From positions 77,302-141,301 of the forward strand of contig JAPDJY010000035.1 of NCBI GenBank assembly GCA_029258835.1: a stretch of 64,000 nt of DNA, written 5' to 3'. Positions 1 to 9,748 of the stretch are shown here, piece by piece. Origin of the DNA: Thermoproteota archaeon. GTDB taxonomy: Archaea; Asgardarchaeota; Jordiarchaeia; Jordiarchaeales; Freyrarchaeaceae. Both the position numbers and the translations under genes were made by a program. The notes under the pieces were generated by a model, which did no database searches, was not told the DNA's origin, and saw only the letters and a program-made list of their open reading frames with translations. Each line of letters begins with the position of its first letter. Positions within the stretch are counted from its first letter, which is position 1.

Positions 1-93
1 ATTTAAAATATAAATTCTCAATTTTTCTTGGCAAAGTAAAACTTTAAGACAGGTTTTGCAGGGAATTCCTCAAGGGAATTAGGTGGCTTTAAC

Positions 94-1713
94 TTGAAAA
101 AGCTCCTAGAAGTTAATACCATTAGAAAAGATAGACGGAAGGTAAAGCTTAGATTTGCATTATGCTACCCGAATACGTATATGGTAGGCATGTCATCTTT
201 AGGCATACGTCTATTATATGCCCTTATAAATTTAAGAGAAGATGTAGCTTGTGAAAGATTTTTTTACGAGCCGGGGAAGGTGCCTCGAAGCGTTGAGTCA
301 GGGTTTAAGTTATCTGAGTTTGAGGTAATAGGGGTTTCCCTTCAATTTGAGGAGGACTATGTAAGGTTCATCGAAATGATCCTCAATTCAGGGGTTCCAT
401 TGAAAAGGTGGGAACGGGGAGAGAGGGACCCTATAGTCGTCGCTGGGGGGATCTGTGCTGTGGAAAACCCACAGCCATTATCAGATTTCGTTGACGTCTT
501 CGTAATTGGAGATGGAGAAGCACTCATAGACCGGATATTGGACATTTGCATCGAAGAACGAGATAGAGAAACACGTATCGAAGCACTCTCAAACTTGGAA
601 GGATTTTATGTTCCAGCTTATACGGAGGGGAAGGTTAAGAGAGTTTGGTGTAAAAACATTAATGAAATCTTTCATCCAACCAGTCAGGTGCTACCAGCAC
701 GCGACAGTTCACCTGTTATGCCTGTTTTTGGTAGGTCTATTCTTCTTGAAGTTGCTAGAGGATGTGAAAAGGGCTGTAGATTTTGCTTAATAGGATTCTG
801 TAATAGACCTAAACGCATTAGAAGCGGAAGAGTCCTTGAGGAAATTGTAGAGAGGGGAGTGAAGGAGAGTGCCACTAAGAAGGTAACTCTTATAGCGCCA
901 TCCCTTTCAGAACACCCAAACATAACGGAATTGTGCTGGAACATGGTAAATTCCGGATTAGAAATATCGTTGCCTTCATTAAGCATAGACGTTATATCTG
1001 ATGAGCTACTTAACGCATTGGTCAAAGGAGGACAAAGAACCGTAACCATAGCCCCCGAAACGGGAACAGAGGAGCTGCGAAAAAAGATTAATAAGCCATT
1101 TTCCGATGATGAAATAATTTCTGCAGCTGACACCATATTAGAACAAAAATTGAATTTAAAAATGTATTTTATAGTTGGTTTGCCGTTTGAGAAGGAGGAG
1201 GACGTCGAAGGAATAGTGAAGATTGTTAGTAGGATTTCTAAATTAAGAAGGGGGACAAGTGTAAAAGTAAGTGTAAATCCGTTCGTGCCTAAACCTCATA
1301 CGCCATTTGCATGGGCGCCTCAGCAGCCTCAAATGGTCCTTAAAGAAAAAATGAAGAAAGTACGTTCATTCTTAAGAAAAGAATCCGTTGTTTTTGAGGG
1401 AATGGACCCGCGGAAGGCAGCTATTGAGGCGATTTTATCCTTAGGAGGAAGAGAGTTAGGGGAAATAATAGAATTAGCAACGCTTTATGGAGGAGGATTC
1501 GGTGCATGGAGGCGGGCTTTAAGAGAAAAAACTACTAATTTAGAGGACTTGAGCAAGTTTAGGTCTATGGATGCAGAACAACCATGGGAAGTAATCGACG
1601 TAGGAGTTAGCAGAAAATTTTTAATTAAGGAGTGGTATAAGGCGGTTGATGGTGTTCAAACATCGCCTTATAGTTGCTGTGATCAATGCGGGGTATGTTA
1701 CACTATAGACTGA
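94..1713 (+). CDS. B12-binding-domain radical SAM protein
   Basis: CEKGCRFC (CxxxCxxC); N-terminal YPNTYMVGMSSLG and GDGE motifs; C-terminal FVPKPHTPF and CDQCGVC. Confidence 0.8.
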   Translation: MKKLLEVNTIRKDRRKVKLRFALCYPNTYMVGMSSLGIRLLYALINLREDVACERFFYEPGKVPRSVESGFKLSEFEVIGVSLQFEEDYVRFIEMILNSGVPLKRWERGERDPIVVAGGICAVENPQPLSDFVDVFVIGDGEALIDRILDICIEERDRETRIEALSNLEGFYVPAYTEGKVKRVWCKNINEIFHPTSQVLPARDSSPVMPVFGRSILLEVARGCEKGCRFCLIGFCNRPKRIRSGRVLEEIVERGVKESATKKVTLIAPSLSEHPNITELCWNMVNSGLEISLPSLSIDVISDELLNALVKGGQRTVTIAPETGTEELRKKINKPFSDDEIISAADTILEQKLNLKMYFIVGLPFEKEEDVEGIVKIVSRISKLRRGTSVKVSVNPFVPKPHTPFAWAPQQPQMVLKEKMKKVRSFLRKESVVFEGMDPRKAAIEAILSLGGRELGEIIELATLYGGGFGAWRRALREKTTNLEDLSKFRSMDAEQPWEVIDVGVSRKFLIKEWYKAVDGVQTSPYSCCDQCGVCYTID

Positions 1714-1823
1714 AGAAGCCACCCCTTCCTTTTTAAAAATCGAAACGAACGAGGGCTTTAAGCAAGTAAACATAATCTTTTTATTGTATTTCACAGAAAG
1801 TCTTTTGGGTAAGGGGAAGGTGA

Positions 1824-2162
1824 ATGAGGATTTGGGGGAGAGGAATGGAGTATAACATGAAGAAGTTAAGAGAGGAATTTCCTAATATCGCAAGGGAGCT
1901 TGAGAACAGAGAGGATATTAGAATACGAATAACAGGGGTTAGAACTTGCGAAATAAAGGACATAGATGTTGTAAGACTGATGAGAAGGTGCGACAAAGAG
2001 GAAGAGGCTATAGAGATCATCGAATACCTTACGAAGAGGGGAGAAATATCGAAAGAACATGCTGTCCGCATTCTTAAGCAACTTAAGGAAAAAGGATTAC
2101 GATCATTTGGAAGCAAAATAACTTGGGGTTTTTTCGAAAGAGAATATAGAAGAAATTTCTGA
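1824..2162 (+). CDS. DUF2095 family protein (start may be ATG 1845)
   Basis: EEFPNIARELE, RRCDKEEEAIEIIEYLTKRGEIS and KGLRSFG match this archaeal family. Confidence 0.75.
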   Translation: MRIWGRGMEYNMKKLREEFPNIARELENREDIRIRITGVRTCEIKDIDVVRLMRRCDKEEEAIEIIEYLTKRGEISKEHAVRILKQLKEKGLRSFGSKITWGFFEREYRRNF

Positions 2163-2329
2163 AAAATAGTAGAAGAAGGAACCTACTTAAGTTACTTTCA
2201 TTTTAATTAATTAAGTTGAATGAGAAGTTAGCTATCTAAAAAATAAATCAAGTTTTTAGGCCGTTTTTAATTAAATTTAGGAGGACTTTCTAGAGAATCT
2301 CTTTTAGAACGTAAAAGAGAGATGGGATA

Positions 2330-3541
2330 ATGGACATATTAATAGGGATTGTTGGGAAGCCAAATTCAGGCAAAACAACGTTCCTAAATGCTGCGAGCTT
2401 GACATCTTACAAGGTAGCGGACTACCCTTTCACAACGATAGATGCACAACAAGGAGTAGGCTACGTAAGGGTAAAATGTGTATGTGAGGAGTTAGGTGTG
2501 AAAGACAACCCACAAAACTCGATGTGCATAGAGGGCAATAGGTTTATACCAGTAAAGCTTTTGGACGTTGCAGGACTTGTCCCTGATGCATGGAAAGGAA
2601 GAGGACTTGGAAATCAGTTTCTTGACAGCCTTAGGAGAGCAGACGTCCTAATTCACGTTGTAGATGCATCTGGGTCATGTGACGCTGAAGGAAGGCCCGT
2701 AGAACCAGGATCGTGGAACCCTATGGATGACATTAAGTTTTTAGAGAGAGAAGTAGCAATGTGGTTTAAGCAGATAATAAGTAAAGACTGGCAGAGAATT
2801 GTAAGACAGGTTGAGTCAGGTACTAAATCATTAGAAGAGATTCTTACAGAGAAACTGTCAGGTCTTGCAGTAAGACGCTACCATGTTAGAATGGCTGTTA
2901 AGTCTACTGGTTTTGACCCAACTAAGCCGAGCCGGTGGGGTGATGATGACCTTTACACGTTTTCCCACGAGCTCAGAAAAGTATCAAAGCCCATTTTGAT
3001 CTGTCTGAATAAAATAGACAGAAAGACAGCCAAAAAGAACATTGAAGCTTTTAAAAAAGAAAACATAAAATTTGTAGCAGCCAGCGCCCTCGCGGAGTAC
3101 TTCTTAAGAGTGCTAGCAAGAGACGATGTAATAAACTACCTTCCTGGCGATAACGATTTCGAAGTATTAAAGCCGCAAAAACTAACTGAAAAACAGAAAG
3201 AGGCGTTGGAGAAAATAAAAGAGGAAATACTTGACGTTTATGGTTCAACAGGCGTTCAAGACGCAATAAACAGAGCAGTTTTCGACGTTCTAGGCATGAT
3301 AACTGTTTATCCTGTAGAGGACATGAATAAATTTACAGATCATAAAGGAAATGTATTGCCAGATGCATTACTGGTCCCCAAGGGAACCACGGTAAGAGAG
3401 TTAGCGTATATGATACACACAGAGTTAGGAGAAACATTTATCTACGCTTTAGACGCCCGAACAAAACAGCGCCTTTCAGAGGAGCATAAATTAGAGGATA
3501 AAAGCGTAATTAAAATCGTTTCAGCCAAAGCGTTAAGGTGA
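2330..3541 (+). CDS. ychF: Obg-family YchF-type ATPase/GTPase with C-terminal TGS domain
   Basis: GKPNSGKTT, YPFTT, DVAG, NKID; TGS-like LAYMIHTELGETFIYA. Confidence 0.9.
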   Translation: MDILIGIVGKPNSGKTTFLNAASLTSYKVADYPFTTIDAQQGVGYVRVKCVCEELGVKDNPQNSMCIEGNRFIPVKLLDVAGLVPDAWKGRGLGNQFLDSLRRADVLIHVVDASGSCDAEGRPVEPGSWNPMDDIKFLEREVAMWFKQIISKDWQRIVRQVESGTKSLEEILTEKLSGLAVRRYHVRMAVKSTGFDPTKPSRWGDDDLYTFSHELRKVSKPILICLNKIDRKTAKKNIEAFKKENIKFVAASALAEYFLRVLARDDVINYLPGDNDFEVLKPQKLTEKQKEALEKIKEEILDVYGSTGVQDAINRAVFDVLGMITVYPVEDMNKFTDHKGNVLPDALLVPKGTTVRELAYMIHTELGETFIYALDARTKQRLSEEHKLEDKSVIKIVSAKALR

Positions 3542-3568
3542 AGAGGAAAAGTAGTTAGGTGGTGAAGG

Positions 3569-3736
3569 ATGCGGAGAAAATGTCCTAAATGCGGAGGGGC
3601 AGGAAGGATCAAGTGTCCTGAATGCGGAGGGAGAGGAAACCTTGATCCATATAGTGGGCTAATTTGCAAGACTTGCTGGGGGACTGGACGGGTTTTATGC
3701 GATATGTGTAATGGAGAAGGAGTAATAATAGAATGA
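3569..3736 (+). CDS. Small stand-alone DnaJ-type zinc-finger protein (55 aa; not in ORF track)
   Basis: Manual translation MRRKCPKCGGAGRIKCPECGGRGNLDPYSGLICKTCWGTGRVLCDMCNGEGVIIE has four CxxCxGxG repeats; GGTGGTGA RBS upstream. Confidence 0.85.
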   Translation: MRRKCPKCGGAGRIKCPECGGRGNLDPYSGLICKTCWGTGRVLCDMCNGEGVIIE

Positions 3737-3941
3737 AAAGGAGAGTTTATCAGCTAATTTAGTTTAGCCACTCGATCCAATCTTAAGTGAAGCTTATCAC
3801 GTTTTACCATAGTTACAATCTGGATGGAATGAGAGAGCAGCTAAAATAACTACAGCCTCTTTTTATATCAGCCTTTAACTCGATTAAGAAACCGAGAAAC
3901 TTTTTAAATAAAATACTGCTCAATGAGTTAAGAAGTGCGAG

Positions 3942-5327
3942 GTGATGGAAGTGGTTAAGATAGTTATCATTGGGGCAGGTGCCGCAGGAACTACGGCGGG
4001 AATATGGGCTAGGAAAACTGACAGGAAAGCAGAGATAACATTAATAACTAGAGAGCCTTACCCAGAGTATTCCCGGTGCGGCCTTCCATACACGATCTCA
4101 AGGCGGATTCCAGAGTTCACGAACCTTATAACTCATGATGCAGGATGGTATTCACGTTTCGGAAAAATGAACCTGCTTCTTGAAACAGAGGCTGTCGACG
4201 TGAACACCAGCGATAGGATGGTAACTATAAGAGACCTGAAAAGCGGACAGGAAAAAGAGCTTGAATATGATGCATTAGTGCTAGCCACAGGGTCAAAACC
4301 TGCCTTTCCGCCTATAAAGGGTGTAGAGGGGAAAAACAACGTTTACTCGTTAAGGACAATAGACGATGCGAGGGCAATTCATGAAGCAGCAAAGAAAGGG
4401 AAAAACTGCGTCATAGTAGGGGCAGGGCTTATAGGAGTGGAAACTACGGAGGCATTAGTTGAGCTTGGAGTAAACGTAACGATCGTGGAATTCCTTCCGA
4501 GCGTTCTACCGTTAATGATCGACCAAGACGTGTCGGACATGATTCAGGGAGCGCTTGAAGAACATGGGGTGAGCGTTTATGTTAACACGGCAGTGACTGA
4601 ACTTATAGGAGAGGAAAAAGCGGAAAAAGTTGTGATGAAAAACAGGGAGACAGGTGAAGAAACATCTGTTCCTGTAGACTTTGTCGTTATCTCTGCAGGT
4701 GTTAGACCTAATACAGAGCTAGCTGTGAAGGCAGGAGTTAAACTGGGCGATACGAAATACATAAAGGTGGATTCACGGGCAAGGACTAGCGTTGAGGGGA
4801 TATACGCTGCAGGAGACTGCACGGAGTATGTTGACTTCGTAACGGGACAACCTGTACCAATAGGAATGGGAACCATAGCGGTTAGGCAGGGTAAAGTAGC
4901 AGGTATTAATGCTGCTGGCGGAGACGCGACCATGCCTAAAGGAGTATTATTAACAAGGATAACAAAGGTGTTTGGTGTGGAAGTGGCGGCTGTTGGACCA
5001 ATTACACGAAACTTAGAGCGTGCAGGTATAAAACCTGTAATAGGCAAAATGACGTACTCAAGCAAGCCGGAGTACATGCCAGGAGGTAAACCAATAAGGA
5101 TGAAGCTAATGGCGGACCAAGAGGGGCGAATATTAGGAGCTCAGATTGTCGGGTATGAAGATGTGCATCAGAAAATTAACGTTATAGCAGCAGCCATGCA
5201 GGCAGACATGAACGTGGAGGAATTAGAATGGCTTGAGACATGCTACGCACCTATAAGTTGCCCAACATGGGACATAATAACCCTGACCGCAGAACCCATA
5301 GTAAAAAAATTACGGAGAAAGAAGTGA
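3942..5327 (+). CDS. NADH oxidase / CoA-disulfide reductase family flavoprotein
   Basis: GAGAAG, YSRCGLPY redox Cys, ATGS, GAGLIG, AAGDC, C-terminal CYAP dimerisation motif. Confidence 0.85.
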   Translation: MMEVVKIVIIGAGAAGTTAGIWARKTDRKAEITLITREPYPEYSRCGLPYTISRRIPEFTNLITHDAGWYSRFGKMNLLLETEAVDVNTSDRMVTIRDLKSGQEKELEYDALVLATGSKPAFPPIKGVEGKNNVYSLRTIDDARAIHEAAKKGKNCVIVGAGLIGVETTEALVELGVNVTIVEFLPSVLPLMIDQDVSDMIQGALEEHGVSVYVNTAVTELIGEEKAEKVVMKNRETGEETSVPVDFVVISAGVRPNTELAVKAGVKLGDTKYIKVDSRARTSVEGIYAAGDCTEYVDFVTGQPVPIGMGTIAVRQGKVAGINAAGGDATMPKGVLLTRITKVFGVEVAAVGPITRNLERAGIKPVIGKMTYSSKPEYMPGGKPIRMKLMADQEGRILGAQIVGYEDVHQKINVIAAAMQADMNVEELEWLETCYAPISCPTWDIITLTAEPIVKKLRRKK

Positions 5328-5394
5328 GAGCAGGTGGCTTGAACCCTCTAATTTGATTTCTCTAATTTTTACGGTGTGCCATTTCAGCGTTGCG

Positions 5395-6486
5395 TTAAGT
5401 ATCTTTAAGGTACGAGTTGACTTCTCTAGGGTTAAATACCTCGCATTCTAAAACGTTTCTTATGAAGTTTAGCAGTTTCCTCCTTGTTTTGGGTGTTAGA
5501 GTTGGATACCATTGAGGGTGCGATATTACAGCTCCTCTCCAAGCGTAAAATGGTTGAACAACTTTAAGGAGTTCTTCGTCTCCTGTCTTGTCGAGGTAAT
5601 TTTCGTAAAACAACTCAAATAATTGCTTAAATGGCCCTGTAAGCTCGCCGAACGTGATAACACTGAAGAAGAAGTAGTTTATTGACATAGATGTTACGTC
5701 GTCCGCCGGCTCACCCCACTCTCCCCTACTTCTATCTAGAAGAGTGAAGTCTGTTCCTTCCCTGAAAAGTACATTCCAAGGGTGGTAGTCGCCATGTACA
5801 ACACTTAACCTGTGTGTGAACTTTTTTAGTTTCCACCGCCACTCAACACACTTTTTCTCTATTTTAATGAGGTCCTCCGTGGTGGCGTATTCTGGACTTG
5901 GCATATAGGTGTCAAGCAGGCCCATGAGCCCTTCCCCATGCCCTACAAGGTCTCTAACCCTTCTTATGTAAAGGTTCGGCTCGTTTCTTTTAACCTTATG
6001 AATTTCAACTAAGTAGTCTGAAAGGGCTCGTGCTCTTTCAATGTCTATTTGCTTCAGTTTTTTTTCCTCAGAAATCCTGTCGAGGTCTATTTTGTAAAGT
6101 GTTCCCTCAGCGTATTCCATAAGAACGAAGAATTCCTCAACATCGCCAACTGATATTAAGCGTCCATCGCTTGTTACTCCTCCACAGTCGAAGGATTTCA
6201 CATGTTTGGGAAGTTTATTATATGTTTTATGGGCAAGAAGTACTACCTGAGCGCGGTCAGGCATGTATTCGTGGCCATAAGGCCCAGGTGCAACAAAATT
6301 CATGACAAACTTTCTCAGGCGTCCTCCAATCTCTGCCTCTATAAGCTGAGGAGTCCCGTATCCAACCTCCTTAATGTCCTCTCCCTCTCCACCAATCCGG
6401 CGTACATCCTTAACTCTAACTGCTTCTTTAAAAACGCCCTTTAGGTAACGTTCAAGCTCTTCCATCGCCAAAGACAAGAAAACCAC
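5395..6486 (-). CDS. APH/choline-kinase-like phosphotransferase
   Basis: HGDYHPWNV Brenner motif, then LLD and GEPADD. Confidence 0.75.
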   Translation of the reverse strand: MVFLSLAMEELERYLKGVFKEAVRVKDVRRIGGEGEDIKEVGYGTPQLIEAEIGGRLRKFVMNFVAPGPYGHEYMPDRAQVVLLAHKTYNKLPKHVKSFDCGGVTSDGRLISVGDVEEFFVLMEYAEGTLYKIDLDRISEEKKLKQIDIERARALSDYLVEIHKVKRNEPNLYIRRVRDLVGHGEGLMGLLDTYMPSPEYATTEDLIKIEKKCVEWRWKLKKFTHRLSVVHGDYHPWNVLFREGTDFTLLDRSRGEWGEPADDVTSMSINYFFFSVITFGELTGPFKQLFELFYENYLDKTGDEELLKVVQPFYAWRGAVISHPQWYPTLTPKTRRKLLNFIRNVLECEVFNPREVNSYLKDT

Positions 6487-6643
6487 CTCCCACAGAGAAT
6501 TTACACGGCAACCATGCTTTAAGTCAAGAGGGACAGTTTAAGTTTTCGCTTCCTAAACTTCAAAAGAAAGTAAAAGTTAATAATTAAACTTAGGTGGTTT
6601 TTCGGTTCCTCGCTTGAGCAAGCAGAGAAGGGGATGATTACAT

Positions 6644-7705
6644 ATGAAAGTTAGAGTGAATGGTTCATTGAAAGAGTACTATACTGTATGGATGGAGGGT
6701 GATGTAGTTTGCATGATAGACCAAGCAATGCTTCCCTTTGAATTTTCTGTTTATAGGGCAAGTACGCCGGAACAGGTAGCTGACGCTATAAGAAATATGC
6801 GAGTGCGGGGGGCACCTGCTATAGGCGTCGCAGCTTGCTATGGATTAGCTCAAGCAGCAATCCAGAACGCTAATCTTCCGGCTGACGAACTCAAATCTCT
6901 TCTTAGAGAGAAAGCGTCTCTTTTCCTCTCGACAAGGCCGACGGCTGTAGACATGAAAAACATGGTTGAACGGGTGCTGAGAACGCTGAATAAGCGAAGC
7001 AACTCCCAGCAAATAGTTCAGGCAGTTCTTGAGGAAGCCCGTAGGATAGCTTGGGAGAACGCCGAGGCTTGCCGAAAAATAGGGGAGTTCGGAAGTCAAC
7101 TAATAACGAAGAATGCCAGGCTTTTAGTTCACTGCAATCCCGGAGCTTTAGGAACAGTGGATTACGGAACTGCTCTCAGCATAGTGCGTTTCGCCCATGC
7201 TCAAGGGAAGAACGTGTATGTCTACGTTACCGAGACGCGACCTTGGTTGCAGGGTAGACTTACCAGCTGGGAACTAGATCAGGAAGGTATACCCTACTGC
7301 CTAATCGCGGACTCTGCGGCGGGATACTATATCTTCAAAAAAGAAGTGAATGCTGTTCTTGTCGGAGCAGACCGCATACTCCCTGACGGAACAGTCATAA
7401 ATAAGATTGGGACATACATGCTTGCAGTGGCGGCATATGAAAACGACGTTCCATTTATAGTCGCAGCGCCTACGACTACGTTCGACGCGGCAATCACTTG
7501 CCCAAAAATTGAAGAGCGAGCTCCGAGGGAAGTTACGCATGTAAAAGGTTATGATGATAGAGCTAAAAGGCACGTCCATGTTAGAATTCATCCCGATGTA
7601 CCAGCGAAGAACCCCGCATTCGACGTAACCCCGGCAAAATATGTTACAGCCATAGTAACAGAGAAGGGAATCTTGAAGCCAAACGAGTTAAAGCGCATCC
7701 TCTAA
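6644..7705 (+). CDS. mtnA: Methylthioribose-1-phosphate isomerase (eIF2B-alpha family)
   Basis: MRVRGAPAIG, TRPTAV, HCNPGAL, ETRPWLQG, GADR, NKIGTY, NPAFDVTP. Confidence 0.85.
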   Translation: MKVRVNGSLKEYYTVWMEGDVVCMIDQAMLPFEFSVYRASTPEQVADAIRNMRVRGAPAIGVAACYGLAQAAIQNANLPADELKSLLREKASLFLSTRPTAVDMKNMVERVLRTLNKRSNSQQIVQAVLEEARRIAWENAEACRKIGEFGSQLITKNARLLVHCNPGALGTVDYGTALSIVRFAHAQGKNVYVYVTETRPWLQGRLTSWELDQEGIPYCLIADSAAGYYIFKKEVNAVLVGADRILPDGTVINKIGTYMLAVAAYENDVPFIVAAPTTTFDAAITCPKIEERAPREVTHVKGYDDRAKRHVHVRIHPDVPAKNPAFDVTPAKYVTAIVTEKGILKPNELKRIL

Positions 7706-7739
7706 AGTCATTCTCTCTAAAACTTTTTGGGGGTTCTAA

Positions 7740-8537
7740 TTGGGAGAGCTTTTATTTGTCGGCTTAGGATTATGGGATGCTAGGGATATAACCCTTAAGG
7801 GTTTAGAAGCTGCTAGGTCTGCGGACGAGGTTTACATGGACGCTTACACAAGCTTAATGGGCGGCTTGAGAATCGAAGAGTTAGAAGATTTGATAGGTAA
7901 GAAAGTTCTTCCGTTAAGCAGGAAAGACGTTGAGGAGGAAGCGAGGAAGCTCGTACTTCGCGCTAAGAAGCGGCGCATCGCATTCTTAGTTCCTGGCGAC
8001 CCTATGGTGGCTACAACGCATATTGCCCTTAGGTTAGAGGCTGAAAAAAACGGGGTAAAAACCCGCGTGATTCACGGTGTTTCAATATACTCTGCAGCTC
8101 CAAGCATATGTGGACTGGAAAGCTATAAGTTTGGAAGGTCGGTGACAATACCTTTCCCTGAGGGAAACTACTTTCCAGAAACACCGTACTTGGTTATTAA
8201 AGAGAATTTTGAAAGAGGACTCCATACGTTAATTTTCCTTGATATTAAGAAAGAGAAGAAACGTTTCATGACGATTAATGAAGGATTGAAGGTTCTCGCA
8301 AAGTTAGAAGCTAAAATATCACCGTCAGAACCCATTTTAGAAAGAATACTTATGGTTGGAATGGCAAGGGTAGGATCAGAGGATCCCGCTGTTAAAGCAG
8401 GATACTTTCAACACCTGTTAAGTTACGATTTTGGACCGCCCCCTCACATCCTGATCGCCACAGGGAAGCTTCACTTTAAGGAGGCAAAGGCACTCTACCA
8501 CCTAGCTAATGCGCCAAGATCAGTTCTCTCGATCTAA
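7740..8537 (+). CDS. dph5: Diphthine synthase
   Basis: FVGLGL, AYTS, GDPMVATTH, YKFGRSVT, GLHTLIFLDI. Confidence 0.95.
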   Translation: MGELLFVGLGLWDARDITLKGLEAARSADEVYMDAYTSLMGGLRIEELEDLIGKKVLPLSRKDVEEEARKLVLRAKKRRIAFLVPGDPMVATTHIALRLEAEKNGVKTRVIHGVSIYSAAPSICGLESYKFGRSVTIPFPEGNYFPETPYLVIKENFERGLHTLIFLDIKKEKKRFMTINEGLKVLAKLEAKISPSEPILERILMVGMARVGSEDPAVKAGYFQHLLSYDFGPPPHILIATGKLHFKEAKALYHLANAPRSVLSI

Positions 8538-8561
8538 AAGCGGTTATATTAAGTCTAAGAG

Positions 8562-9029
8562 CTACGCTTGATCCAGTAATCCCCACTCTCTAGCCTTCTC
8601 TATTATTCTTTTGACAATGATGCTTGAACTATTTAATTCGCCATACTTTGGAAGACGATGAACTTCTGCATGAATCCCTCTTCTTCTCAGTTCTTCTAGG
8701 AATTTTTCCATATCCTTTCTCTGGTCATATCCTAATACGATTATATCCGGCTTTTTTTCTTCAACGATCTTAAGCATGTCCTCTCCCTCGTACCCGAGGA
8801 CTGCCTCATCGACAGGCTTTAACCCTTCTATTAATCTTTTCCTTTCTCCCTCATTGAAAATTGGGGATCGGCCTCTTAGCCTGCGCACGGTTGAATCCCT
8901 AGAAATGACTACAGTGAGCTTAGCGTTTTCCCCTCCAAGCTTCTTTGCTTCCTCAAGGAACCTTAGGTGCCCCACGTGTAATATATCAAAAGTTCCGAAA
9001 ACCATTACTTTCTTCATAACACCCACCAT
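8562..9029 (-). CDS. ribL: FAD synthase (cytidylyltransferase family)
   Basis: GTFDILHVGH, KPDIIVLGYDQ; downstream of riboflavin kinase. Confidence 0.85.
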   Translation of the reverse strand: MVGVMKKVMVFGTFDILHVGHLRFLEEAKKLGGENAKLTVVISRDSTVRRLRGRSPIFNEGERKRLIEGLKPVDEAVLGYEGEDMLKIVEEKKPDIIVLGYDQRKDMEKFLEELRRRGIHAEVHRLPKYGELNSSSIIVKRIIEKAREWGLLDQA

Positions 9030-9044
9030 TTTTTAGCTTTCCAT

Positions 9045-9722
9045 TTAGCTCTCAAGAACTACGTCAACGGTTACCACGTCCCCGTCTTTTAGGGAAAGAG
9101 CTTCTCTTAGGTAAACGGGTGCGATCACCTCTATTACGTCTTCTCCATAATGAGTTCTATTAATAAGTAACACGCTTCCTTCGGTGCCTTCCACTATCGC
9201 TTTAAAGCACTTAACTCTGCCAAAGGTTCGCCCCCCTTCTTCAAATTCTTCTATTACTATGCCAGGGTAGGCCTTCAACATTCTCCGCGCCTGCATGTCC
9301 TGATATGTTCTTAACCTTAAGTTTAAAGTCCCAGGATACGGGGTGAAACCTAATTTTTCTTCGAACCTTTTCATGTACCCTTCAATAGAGACATAATATT
9401 TCCCTTCACCCATCCCGCTAAAGACTTCTCCGCTTATCCTGAGGTGGCGAGGCTTCTCTTCGAAAACTTCTTTAAGTCCAAGATAAACTCTTAGAAGTTC
9501 ATCCATCCCTTTACCATTCACTCTGATATATTGAGCTTTAGGAGTCATTTCCCTAGTAATTAAGCCTTCTCTTTCTAATTCCTGCAATCTCCTTGATGCT
9601 GTCTGCTGGCTGATACCTAAACGATTAGCGAGTTGAGTCGAAGACAACTTAACGGTTTCTCTGCATCCACCCATTTTAGCTATTTCAAACAAGGTGAACC
9701 ACAATTCCTCATTCACGACCAC
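9045..9722 (-). CDS. ribK: CTP-dependent riboflavin kinase with N-terminal HTH (RbkR-type)
   Basis: HTH SQQTASRRL; SGMGEGKYY, PYPGTLN, RTHY, LREALSLKDGD. Confidence 0.9.
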   Translation of the reverse strand: MVVNEELWFTLFEIAKMGGCRETVKLSSTQLANRLGISQQTASRRLQELEREGLITREMTPKAQYIRVNGKGMDELLRVYLGLKEVFEEKPRHLRISGEVFSGMGEGKYYVSIEGYMKRFEEKLGFTPYPGTLNLRLRTYQDMQARRMLKAYPGIVIEEFEEGGRTFGRVKCFKAIVEGTEGSVLLINRTHYGEDVIEVIAPVYLREALSLKDGDVVTVDVVLES

Positions 9723-9748
9723 ACCCCCGCCGAGGAGAGAACACGCCT

